Below, piece after piece: positions 1 through 8,444 of a stretch of DNA of 14,040 nucleotides. Both the position numbers and the translations under genes were made by a program. Positions within the stretch are counted from its first letter, which is position 1; every line of letters starts with the position of its first letter. This stretch comes from Octopus sinensis (lineage: Eukaryota), in the NCBI RefSeq assembly GCF_006345805.1, contig NW_021825991.1, positions 1 through 14,040 of the forward strand. The letters are read 5' to 3'. A model generated the notes under the pieces. That model was not told the DNA's origin. It worked only from the letters and a program-made list of their open reading frames with translations, and did no database searches.

Positions 1-66
1 TATACAATCATATATATAAATATATATATATATATGTATGTTTATATATGTATATATATTATACTA
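1..66. repeat. (TA)n/(TATG) microsatellite
   Basis: Imperfect TA dinucleotide run at the window start. Confidence 0.9.
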
Positions 67-130
67 TAACTTGGCTTTGCTACAGAAAGACCAATAATTA
101 CTCAGTGTTAATTAAGCCCCCTCTCGCTAA

Positions 131-211
131 GACTCTGAAGAAGCTATAGGATATCGCACTGACACAGAGCTCTGGGTGCTTGTTTCCTAATAGCCGAAAA
201 AGTTGTAAGCC
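131..211 (+). ncRNA. Degenerate type I hammerhead ribozyme motif with extended stem II (probably from a Penelope-like or retrozyme-like element)
   Basis: CTGAAGA core at 135-141; stem II GCTAT-AGG (143-150) pairs with CCT-A-ATAGC (186-194), with inner GCAC/GTGC (156-159/176-179) and palindrome CAGAGCTCTG (165-174); CGAAA at 195-199; minimal stem III A-AGTT-GT then A207 as the cleavage-site residue; stem I GACT (131-134) vs AGCC (208-211) pairs 3 of 4. Mismatches at the 10.1/11.1 and 15.2/16.2 pairs suggest decay. Confidence 0.7.
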
Positions 212-320
212 AATGAAGATGATTACGTCATATCGTTACTTGTTTAGCCCATAAGAAATACATGAAGTATATTCTATCTAGTTCTATTAAATATATCTAG
301 GATATTTGTATGTGTTCGAA

Positions 321-570
321 ACTACGTGGCTTTTGGTTCAGTTCCACTGTGCGGGTGGGTCCTTGGGCAAGAGTTTGATACTGTAGCTTTGGGGGCGACC
401 AATGCGTCGTGGTGGATTCAAATTCCGCCGAGGTCGACTTTGCCTTTCATCTTTTGGGGTCGATAAATAAAGTACCAGTTTCGCACTGGGGTCGATGTAA
501 TCGACTTAATCCCTTTGTCTGTCATTGTTTGTCCTCTCTATGTTTAGCCCCTTGTGGGCAATAATGAAAT
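321..570 (+). mobile_element. Composite SINE: decayed family A 5' half (321-418) joined to family B 3' half (417-570)
   Basis: ggttcagttccactg...ccttgggcaag...gtggatt matches the family A copy at 3050-3130; ttcaaattccgccgaggtcgactttgcctttcatc...ttagccccttgtggg matches the reverse complement of the family B copy at 8779-8940. Confidence 0.85.
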
Positions 571-734
571 ATATATATATATCAAGTGATTTAGATTTTA
601 ATGATAATGGTTATTAATGTTGTAGCCCCCAGTTTGTATTTGGTGAGCAGGGTATTCTGTAGGAATATTGATGAATATTCGTACGCCATCATCAAATCAA
701 TAGATTAGTTGACGCAATCACAACTTCCTTACTA

Positions 735-1269
735 TAGGGTGTCTTTCCCGAGTATTTAACTGTAAAATAAATATTTATAAGATGGTATAAGACTACAAAA
801 GAATATATTAGACTTTACAAGACTTTAAAAAACTTTATAAGAGGTGTTGAAAGTATCGTCCTTCATTTTAAATACATAAGTTGACTCTTCTACACATGGT
901 TTGAAATACATCTTGGAGAGTCTGGTGCGGTATGGACCGTGTGAAGGTTATGATTGCGTGCTTTAGCTCATTAATGGTTTGCGGGCGATTCTTGTACATT
1001 GATCCTTTACTTACTCCCCAGGAAAAAAATCAGGTGGTTTTGGTGGCCAAATTCCTTTCGAAATAATCCGTTCACCGAAAAACTCTTGAAGTAGCGCCAT
1101 GGTGAAGCGCGAAGGATGTGCTGTAACTCCATCTTGCTGAAAGTATTCATTATTAATTTCACTTTCAGGGAATTGGCCTACAAATGGATAGACAATATTT
1201 GAGCAATATCTTTCGGTGTTGATGGTGTCGTCAAAAAGCTCACTGTGGAGAGACTTTTCGAACACCCTG
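735..1269 (-). mobile_element. Internally deleted Tc1/mariner (DDD-type, rosa/maT-like) DNA transposon retaining only the transposase C-terminus
   Basis: Flanking TA at 733-734 and 1270-1271; termini TAGGGTGT (735-742) and reverse-complement CAGGGTGT (1262-1269). Minus strand encodes YFQQDGVTAH...FFGERIISKGIWPPKPPDFF, then after a frameshift WGVSKGSMYKNRPQTINELK...VNLCI*NEGRYFQHLL* (stop 835-837), the typical end of these transposases. Confidence 0.9.
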
Positions 1270-1294
1270 TATTAGTTACTCTAATCCCTACATC

Positions 1295-1438
<144 letters not shown>

Positions 1439-1493
1439 TGCTGTGTGTGCATATATGTATGTTTGCGTAGTGGTGTGCGCGCATGTGTATGCC

Positions 1494-1590
1494 TTTGTGT
1501 TTGTATTCCCACCATTATGAGAACGCCCCCCCCCTCCCGTAAAATAGCGGTTCGGCAAACGAAAAGGATAGAAGAAGTACCAGGTTTGAA
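1494..1590 (+). mobile_element. Decayed family A SINE 3' fragment
   Basis: tttgtgtttgtattcccaccat...tagcggttcggcaaac...gatagaagaagtaccagg matches 3230-3335 and 9645-9750. Confidence 0.7.
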
Positions 1591-1849
1591 ACGAGAAGCA
1601 AAAATCAACAACAAAAAAAGTATATTTTCAACCACACTTTAATACTGACGTACGACCATGTTAAATTCTTAATCAATTCAAACCTCTTTAAAATCAATTC
1701 AGTGATTAAATTAATAAATAGCAGACAGTGTGAATTGTTAAATTGATTAATTAACCACTTCCTGTGTCTGAGTTACGCTCTAATCAAGTACATACATGAC
1801 ACTTTTGGCACGTATAAACGTATAATATATATTCACACACACATAATAA

Positions 1850-1876
1850 CATACATATATATACATATACATATAT

Positions 1877-1929
<53 letters not shown>

Positions 1930-1943
1930 CCATATATAATACC

Positions 1944-1974
<31 letters not shown>

Positions 1975-2030
1975 ATATAAATATATATATATTATATATA
2001 TATATATATATCTAGTATATATAATAACTC
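1850..2030. repeat. Long imperfect (TA)n microsatellite
   Basis: Direct inspection. Confidence 0.95.
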
Positions 2031-2359
2031 GCACGTACTCTCTTGCTTACATAGAAACATATACACATACGTACATACATACCGTCTAGTTTTACAAAAC
2101 CAAAAGGCGATGAAACATAACCGAAAAAATAAAAAAAGAGCTTGATAGGAAACGAACCCCGCACCATGCGGTTGCCAAGCAACAGAGATAGACATGCCAT
2201 CCGAGTATTGTCTAAGTGCCTGGAGCTCATTTTTGATACGAAAATGATATCAGGGTTTGTGTTTATTGAAGACTGTTCATATGAAAATTGAATAAATAAA
2301 TAATAAGAGAAAACGCCCAGCAGACGTAACTGATTATCATAACTTGCGTGTATATATTT

Positions 2360-2391
<32 letters not shown>

Positions 2392-2460
2392 ACACACACA
2401 CGGACACACACACAGAGACACACAGAGACACAAATATATATATATATATATATATATATT
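2360..2460. repeat. (CA)n / (CAGA) / (TA)n compound microsatellite
   Basis: Direct inspection. Confidence 0.9.
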
Positions 2461-2584
2461 GCGTATATAAAGATATAGTTATGGTGAAGGCCAAATTCAC
2501 GGCATACAATAATCTCTTGAAAATATTCTGAAAATTGGTGAAAAAGTTTTACCTTATTTCAACGTATAGACATACATACTACAT

Positions 2585-2588
2585 TATA

Positions 2589-2629
<41 letters not shown>

Positions 2630-2722
2630 CAGTGTGTGTGTCACGTATATACAGCAATATGTGTGAGTACATACATATACAAAATATATATATATATATA
2701 TATATACATTATATATATGTAC

Positions 2723-2753
<31 letters not shown>

Positions 2754-2810
2754 GATTAATATATATATATATATATATAATATATATATATGTACATACA
2801 CTTATCATAT
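2585..2810. repeat. Long imperfect (TA)n microsatellite
   Basis: Direct inspection. Confidence 0.9.
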
Positions 2811-3016
2811 ATGTGTCTGTCTATATGCGAGTAAGCGGACATGTGAAGGAATATGGTGCTCAACACATTTTGTAGGAATTATGTATATAGTGACTCAGCC
2901 CCAATTTTCGTGTGCCCCTACGTGTGCCCCTACGATGCGTCCAAAACTGGCACAAACCACTATTAAAAGAATGATGCATACTTATTTGCATATACAATAC
3001 ACGTAAGTGCATTTTT

Positions 3017-3170
3017 GTTAAGAAGCTTGCTTCCCAACCACATGTCTCCGGGTTCAGTCCCACTGCGTGGCACCTTGAGCGAGTGTCTTCTACTACAGCC
3101 TCGGGCCGACCAAAGCCTTGTGAGTGGATTTGGTAGACGGAAATTGAAAGAAGCCCGTCGATATATATAA

Positions 3171-3202
<32 letters not shown>

Positions 3203-3421
3203 CGTGTGGTGCGTTTGTGTGTTTGTGTGTCTGTGTTTGCCCCCCCCCCATCGCTTGACAACCGATGTTGGTATGTTTGCATCCCCATGATTTAGCGGTT
3301 CGGCATAGGAACCCAATAAAAAAAAGTACCAGGCTTACAAAGAATAAGCTCTGGGGTCGATTTGGTCGACTAAAGGCGGCGTTCCACCTTTCAAATGACT
3401 GAAACAAGTAAAAGATTAAAG
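3017..3421 (+). mobile_element. Family A tRNA-derived SINE, near full length, with internal (TA)n/(TG)n
   Basis: B-box-like GGGTTCAGTCC (3050-3060); accttgagcgagt resembles the CORE-SINE motif ACCTTGGGCAAGT (recalled); 3' part ttagcggttcggc...gactgaaacaagtaaaag recurs at 9490-9849 and 13780-13961 (minus). Confidence 0.9.
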
Positions 3422-3545
3422 GAATATATATAGAAACACTAATAGAGCGATGCTTTAAATTATATTGGTAACTCAGAAGGTAAACAGTCGGATGAAATAG
3501 TTCTAGGCATTTTGTCCGGCGTACTAACTCTTCTACTAGCTTACC

Positions 3546-3613
3546 AATAACAATAATAATGGTTTCGAATTTGGCCACTGAGGACAGCCATCTTGGGGGA
3601 GGAGATGAGTCGA
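3546..3613 (-). mobile_element. Family B SINE tail-only fragment (variant tail ending in (ATT)n)
   Basis: Reverse complement tcgactcatctcctcccccaagatggctgtcctcagtggccaaattcgaaaccattattattg resembles the tails at 3870-3930 and 8228-8280 (minus). Confidence 0.55.
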
Positions 3614-3620
3614 AACACTT

Positions 3621-3691
3621 GGATCGATCTAATTGACTTACCCACACCCGCAAAATATCTGACCTTTTACCTACAGTAGAAGAGATTATTA
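3621..3691 (+). mobile_element. Family B SINE tail-only fragment
   Basis: ggatcgatctaattgacttaccc...aaaatatctgaccttttacctacagtagaagagattatt matches the tail of the copy at 3709-3935 and the reverse complement of 8011-8080. Confidence 0.6.
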
Positions 3692-3708
3692 CTTTTCTTG
3701 TTATTACA

Positions 3709-3935
3709 GAGGCAAGCTGGCAGAATCGTTAGTTCGCCGGACAAACTATTTATCGGCGTTTCTTCCGATTTTACGTTCTGAGTTCAAATTTTGCCGAGGT
3801 CTACTCTGCCTTTCATCCTTTCTGATTCGATAGAATAAGTATCAGCCGAGCAGTGGGGTCAATGTAAACGACTAGCTCCTCCTTAAAATTCCTGGCCTTC
3901 TGCCTATAGTAAAAATGGTTACTACCATTATTACT
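3709..3935 (+). mobile_element. Family B tRNA-derived SINE (tail type 2)
   Basis: A-box-like TGGCAGAATCG (3718-3728), B-box GTTCAAATT (3782-3790); central aggtctactctgcctttcatcctttc resembles the recalled Meta-SINE domain; tail ggccttctgcctatagtaaaaatggtt followed by an ATT/ACT repeat. Confidence 0.85.
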
Positions 3936-4052
3936 ATTATTGTTGTTTTTACTATTATGTACCCTGACCATCGCCCTAGTGGCAAGGAAACTTTTATTAA
4001 GCTTATCATCAAATCACTGTCAATATAATATTATTGCCATTAATACCATTAA

Positions 4053-4053
4053 T

Positions 4054-4094
<41 letters not shown>

Positions 4095-4341
4095 ATCGTC
4101 ATTATCATCATCATCATCATCATCATCGCTGTCGTTGTTATTATTTTTGTGTTATTGGTAAAGTTGTTGTTGCTGGTGTTGTTGTTATTGGTGGTTGAGT
4201 GGTGGTAGTAATGGTGGTAATGGTGGTGGTGGTGGTGGTTGTGGTGGTGGTGGTGTAGTTGGTGTAGTTGGTATTAGCTGTACCGTAGATGATTATTCAA
4301 GATAAACTCTTTCCTGTTGTGGCAAATGCGGAAAACAGTAA

Positions 4342-4382
<41 letters not shown>

Positions 4383-4420
4383 ACAACAACAATAACAACA
4401 ATAACAAAAACAACAACAAA
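4053..4420. repeat. Cluster of trinucleotide repeats: (CAT)n, (GTT/GGT)n, (CAT)n(CAA)n
   Basis: Direct inspection; explains the poly-I/S/N ORF-track entries. Confidence 0.95.
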
Positions 4421-4500
4421 AACAGCAATAGCAAAGCACTTTTGTTACCATCGTTTATACAAGTTTTACATTTCTTTAATTAGCGCACTATTCACCCTTC

Positions 4501-4800
4501 GCAACCTCACTGTCTCCACCTCAGCATCTCAGCATCTCATCACTATTCCTCACCACTACTGCTCACCATCTCCCCAGACAACACCTCTCCTCCACTTTTC
4601 CGCTTCTCCATCTTTCTTTATCCTCTACTCTCTTCCACCTCATCTTTATTTCTTCTCCATCTCACCACAATTCCGCGCTACCTCACCCCAAATCCTCACC
4701 CTCTCACAAGTGTTCCTCAACCCACCACCTCTCAATTACTCCTCGCCAATATTCCCACTTACCTACAAGAACATCATTTATCATTGACAATTATCAAAAA
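4501..4800 (+). repeat. G-poor, C/T-rich low-complexity tract with degenerate CTCAC/CTCC units
   Basis: Only 14 G in 300 nt by hand count; local tandem ATCTCAGC x2. Confidence 0.75.
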
Positions 4801-5186
4801 TCAACCACAGAGTCTTCTCTCGGCAATAAAAACACAAAAAATTTTTTTGAATATACGAAAAGCAAAAAAAAGAAAAAAAAATACATACTAAACTATAAAT
4901 GACCACAAACACAACAAAACACGAGACAATCGACATTCTCACTAATTTAAGAGGTGGCCATTTAATTAGATTCTCGCTGGCAAGTAGGGAATAATAAATA
5001 AAATTACATTTTTTTACTGTGTTTTTATTTTAAAAAAAACAACAAAAAACAACAACAAAAACAAAGAAAGTAAACGAACGTCAAGAAAAATTTCATTCAA
5101 ATAAAAGACAATTCCATAATTGAAGTGAGCAAACACTTAAGATAATGGAATTTGGTCGTCGTTATCAATATTAAGACTGTAGAAAT

Positions 5187-5395
5187 CATCATCATCATCA
5201 TCATCATCGTCATCATCGTCATCATCATCATCATCATCATCATCATCACCATCATCATCCTCATCATCATCATCATCATCATTATTTATTAGCGATTAAT
5301 ATTATCGACATTGTTACTATTGTTATCATTATTATTGTTGCTCATTTTCTCCTCCTCTTCCTCCTCCTCCTGCACCTCATCATTATTATTGTTGA

Positions 5396-5428
<33 letters not shown>

Positions 5429-5430
5429 CG
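5187..5430. repeat. (CAT)n, (CCT)n and (TTA)n trinucleotide repeats
   Basis: Direct inspection. Confidence 0.95.
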
Positions 5431-5542
5431 TTACTACTAATGTTATTGTCGTTGATATGAAAATTTATTACCGCAGTATTACTAATACTTTTATTCTAAA
5501 AAAATGCTCTTAGATTCAACTTCTTCCACTTCCACCTCGCAT

Positions 5543-5561
5543 ACTATTACTACTACTACTT

Positions 5562-5649
<88 letters not shown>

Positions 5650-5660
5650 AATAATAATAA
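5543..5660. repeat. (CTA)n microsatellite with two CTT interruptions 51 nt apart
   Basis: Interruptions at 5561 and 5612. Confidence 0.95.
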
Positions 5661-5799
5661 TGTTTATGGCTATTGTTGTTCTTATGGTTGTTGGTCATAT
5701 TTTCACTTTATGTGTATTTTTATGCCGTATAATCGTATTCAAATATGACATATATGTAGATATATATGTAGGTACTTATTTATGCATATATACATAAAT

Positions 5800-5907
5800 T
5801 ATACAATATATATATATATATAATTATATATGTATATATGCTTGCATATATATATATATATGTATACATGTTTATACATATTTTATATATATATTATATA
5901 TATACAT

Positions 5908-5940
<33 letters not shown>
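5800..5940. repeat. (TA)n microsatellite
   Basis: Direct inspection. Confidence 0.9.
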
Positions 5941-5942
<2 letters not shown>

Positions 5943-6126
5943 GAAGTGCGTAAATCATAACAGGAGTCTGCTGTTGGTGAGATAATACTCTGTGAATGTT
6001 CACTCACAGCCAGTTGTATTGCACACACAGAGTCTTTCACACATAAATACACATATATGTTATCTTGTTGCCGTTCATATTAATATAAATTCCTCATAAA
6101 TTTTACCATTTATAGTTTATTGTCTT

Positions 6127-6129
<3 letters not shown>

Positions 6130-6163
<34 letters not shown>
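6130..6163. repeat. (TG)n microsatellite
   Basis: Direct inspection. Confidence 0.95.
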
Positions 6164-6166
<3 letters not shown>

Positions 6167-6380
6167 TGTGTGGATGTGTTATTAGCCATGTATCTTCATA
6201 TGTACATGCCCATTTTTATATCCATACACACAAACGATATATACAGATATGTGCGCGAGCATATATGTGAAATTTGGAATATCCCCAGTATGAATAAGAA
6301 GGCCATAGTTCAAATGAGGACTCAGTACATGTATTAGATATACTTATTAGGATGTGTGTGCGTGTGTATGTATATATATA

Positions 6381-6572
6381 CGCAAAGGTGCTGAAAAGTT
6401 CCTGCTTTATGAAGGGTGTCACGAAAAGTCCAACCTTCCGAGATCTTCTATGGGACATAGGAAAACTAGAGGACCGCTGTAATATCTGTGTGAATCTGAG
6501 AGCGGAATATGTTGAATAAAATCATAACTGTTCCTCCTGTATTTTCTTTTACCCAAAGCCAAGAACTTTCCA
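6381..6572 (+). mobile_element. Miniature mariner derivative (MITE-like deletion derivative) carrying the last codons of the transposase
   Basis: TA at 6379-6380; left TIR contains tgaaaagttcctgcttt (to 6408); right TIR remnant 6555-6572 reverse-complements to tggaaagttcttggcttt; 6454-6519 translates DIGKLEDRCNICVNLRAEYVE*, matching the mariner C-terminal GIxKLxxRWxKCVxxxGxYVE* pattern. Confidence 0.8.
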
Positions 6573-6607
6573 CATATGTGTGTGTGTGCGTGCGCGTGTG
6601 CATACAA

Positions 6608-6663
6608 GCGCAGGAGTGGCTGTGTGGCAAGAAGCTTTTTTTCCAACCACATGGATCCGGGTT
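6608..6663 (+). mobile_element. Family A SINE tRNA-like head, cut off at the B box
   Basis: gcgcaggagtggctgtgtggcaagaagc...ccaaccacatggatccgggtt; A-box-like TGGCTGTGTGG (6617-6627); overlaps 3017-3055 in sequence; stops abruptly at (GAT)8. Confidence 0.8.
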
Positions 6664-6689
6664 GATGATGATGATGATGATGATGATGA

Positions 6690-7736
6690 CAATAATGAAA
6701 GCAGCAAAAAATCACAAGAGAACTTGGCATTAACCCTGAATTAGACGAAGAACCTGAAACCACTGCCACTAAACAAGCAAAACAGATCAAGTAGACTGCA
6801 AAAAGGAAAGGGAAGAAACAAATTGAGGAACGGTGGGGCCAGAAGTCTCTGCATGGACAGTATATACTTCGAAGCCGAGATGTTGATGTAGACCAAGCAA
6901 CAACCCATCAGTGACTGGGAAGCTCATGACCGAACTCAGAGACTGGATGTTTCATATTAGTGGCACAAGATCAAAGTTTGTTTACCAAAAACTACTAGGC
7001 TAACATTCTTCAAAAGAATTCTGACCCTAAATGCATATTCTGCGATAAATTTGATGAAAAAATAGACCACCTCGTCTCGGGATGTCTTGTGCCAATAACA
7101 AATGAATACAAAAGTCCCCACGACAGGGGAGGACAGTATTTATATAGGAAAATATGTAAACACTATAAAATTAGTACTCCTGCTTACTGGTATGAACATC
7201 ATCTTGAGTCAGTCGTTGAAGATAAAATGTTACTATCCTCTGGGATTTTCCGGTCAACACCGACAGAACGATCCAGGTTAACCGACCAGACATAGTCATT
7301 AAAGACAAGGAATGAAATACTTGTAGACTAATAGATGTAAGTGTTCCAACTGATAAAAGTATATTTATAAAGGAATTTGACCTGGAAACCGAAATGCAAA
7401 AGATGTGGCATCTTAAAGCGAGAACTGTTCCTGTTATTGTAGATGCCCTGGAGGTGATAAGAAAGGGATGTCAGAAACATCTAGATAAGATCCCAGGAGA
7501 ACCATATCTCAGAGAAATCCAAAAGATTGTGCTGACAAATACTGCCCACATCCTTAAAAAAACACTATCAATTTAAATATCTGTGTCGTATTACATGAAT
7601 ATATTTCGTTACTGTCCCTGTCACTGCCCCTTCCCAAGCTTTCAGTCACATTGTAACATCTCTTATCCTTCATTTGCCCTAAGACGCTGGCTGTGTCTCG
7701 GCAAGTGACTGTAACAAACATGCAGATTAACAGTAA
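6690..7736 (+). mobile_element. 5'-truncated R4/Dong-clade non-LTR retrotransposon (post-RT region, CCHC zinc knuckle, restriction-like endonuclease, 3' UTR); pseudogenised
   Basis: Translation through stops and a frameshift: WGQKSLHGQY...SETGCFILVAQDQSL...CIFCDKFDEKIDHLVSGC (7032-7085)...HDRGGQYL...ILWDFPVNTDRTIQVNRPDIV (RPD 7283-7291)...LIDVSVP...MWHLKARTVPVIVDALEV...TAHILKKTLSI* (stop 7574-7576). Several in-frame stops and a frameshift near 7224. Confidence 0.92.
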
Positions 7737-8010
<274 letters not shown>

Positions 8011-8011
<1 letters not shown>

Positions 8012-8210
8012 CCTTTCTGCTACAGGCACAAGGCCTGAAATTTAGAGTAGAAGGATAGTCAATTACGTTGACCCCAGTGCATAACTGGTGCTTATTTCAT
8101 CGATCCCGAAAGGATGAATGGCAAAGTCGACCTCGGTGGAATTTGAACTCAACGTAAAGACGGACAAAATGCCTCTAAGCATTTCCCCCACAGTGCTAAC
8201 AATTCTGCTA
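8011..8210 (-). mobile_element. Family B SINE (tail type 2)
   Basis: Reverse complement contains gttgagttcaaattccaccgaggtcgactttgccattcatcctttcgggatcgat and tail caggccttgtgcctgtagcagaaagga running into (TTA)n. Confidence 0.88.
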
Positions 8211-8227
8211 GCACAATAAAAAATCAT

Positions 8228-8438
8228 TTCTAATGGAAGCACAAGGCCTAAAATTTGAGAGGAGGGGACTAATCGATTACGTTGGTCTTAGTATTTCACT
8301 GGTACTTAATTTATCGCCCCCCCCCCAGCCAACAAAGGATGAAAGGCAATGCCGACCTCGGCAGAATTTGAACTCAGAACATGAAGACGGGCGAAATTAT
8401 TTCACCCGATGTGTAAACAATTTTGCCAGATCACCGCT
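8228..8438 (-). mobile_element. Family B SINE (tail type 2), more diverged
   Basis: Plus strand ggatgaaaggcaatgccgacctcggcagaatttgaactcagaac and gcacaaggcctaaaatttgagaggagggg match the other family B copies. Confidence 0.85.
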
Positions 8439-8444
8439 CTAATT

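Noticed and set aside
1992-2509. Minus-strand ORFs and a possible splice acceptor near 2275 in unique sequence 2140-2350
   Set aside because: No recognisable domain in the frames checked and ORF length is inflated by TA/CA repeats; a non-coding or UTR exon cannot be excluded without RNA-seq.
2909-2934. 12-bp tandem duplication CGTGTGCCCCTA x2 next to an AP-1-like TGACTCA (2891-2897)
   Set aside because: Simple slippage duplication; a lone 7-mer is expected by chance.
3578-3615. CTGAGGA...CGAAAC hammerhead-like string with a CATCT/AGATG stem
   Set aside because: The base of stem II does not pair, no UH follows a stem III, and the region is explained as an antisense SINE tail.
3940-5797. ORFs with poly-I, poly-S, poly-T, poly-M and poly-N runs
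   Set aside because: Trinucleotide microsatellite read-through; no evidence of coding function.
6608-6663. tRNA-like A and B boxes here and in other SINE heads as possible tRNA genes
   Set aside because: No cloverleaf or acceptor stem; continuous with SINE bodies.
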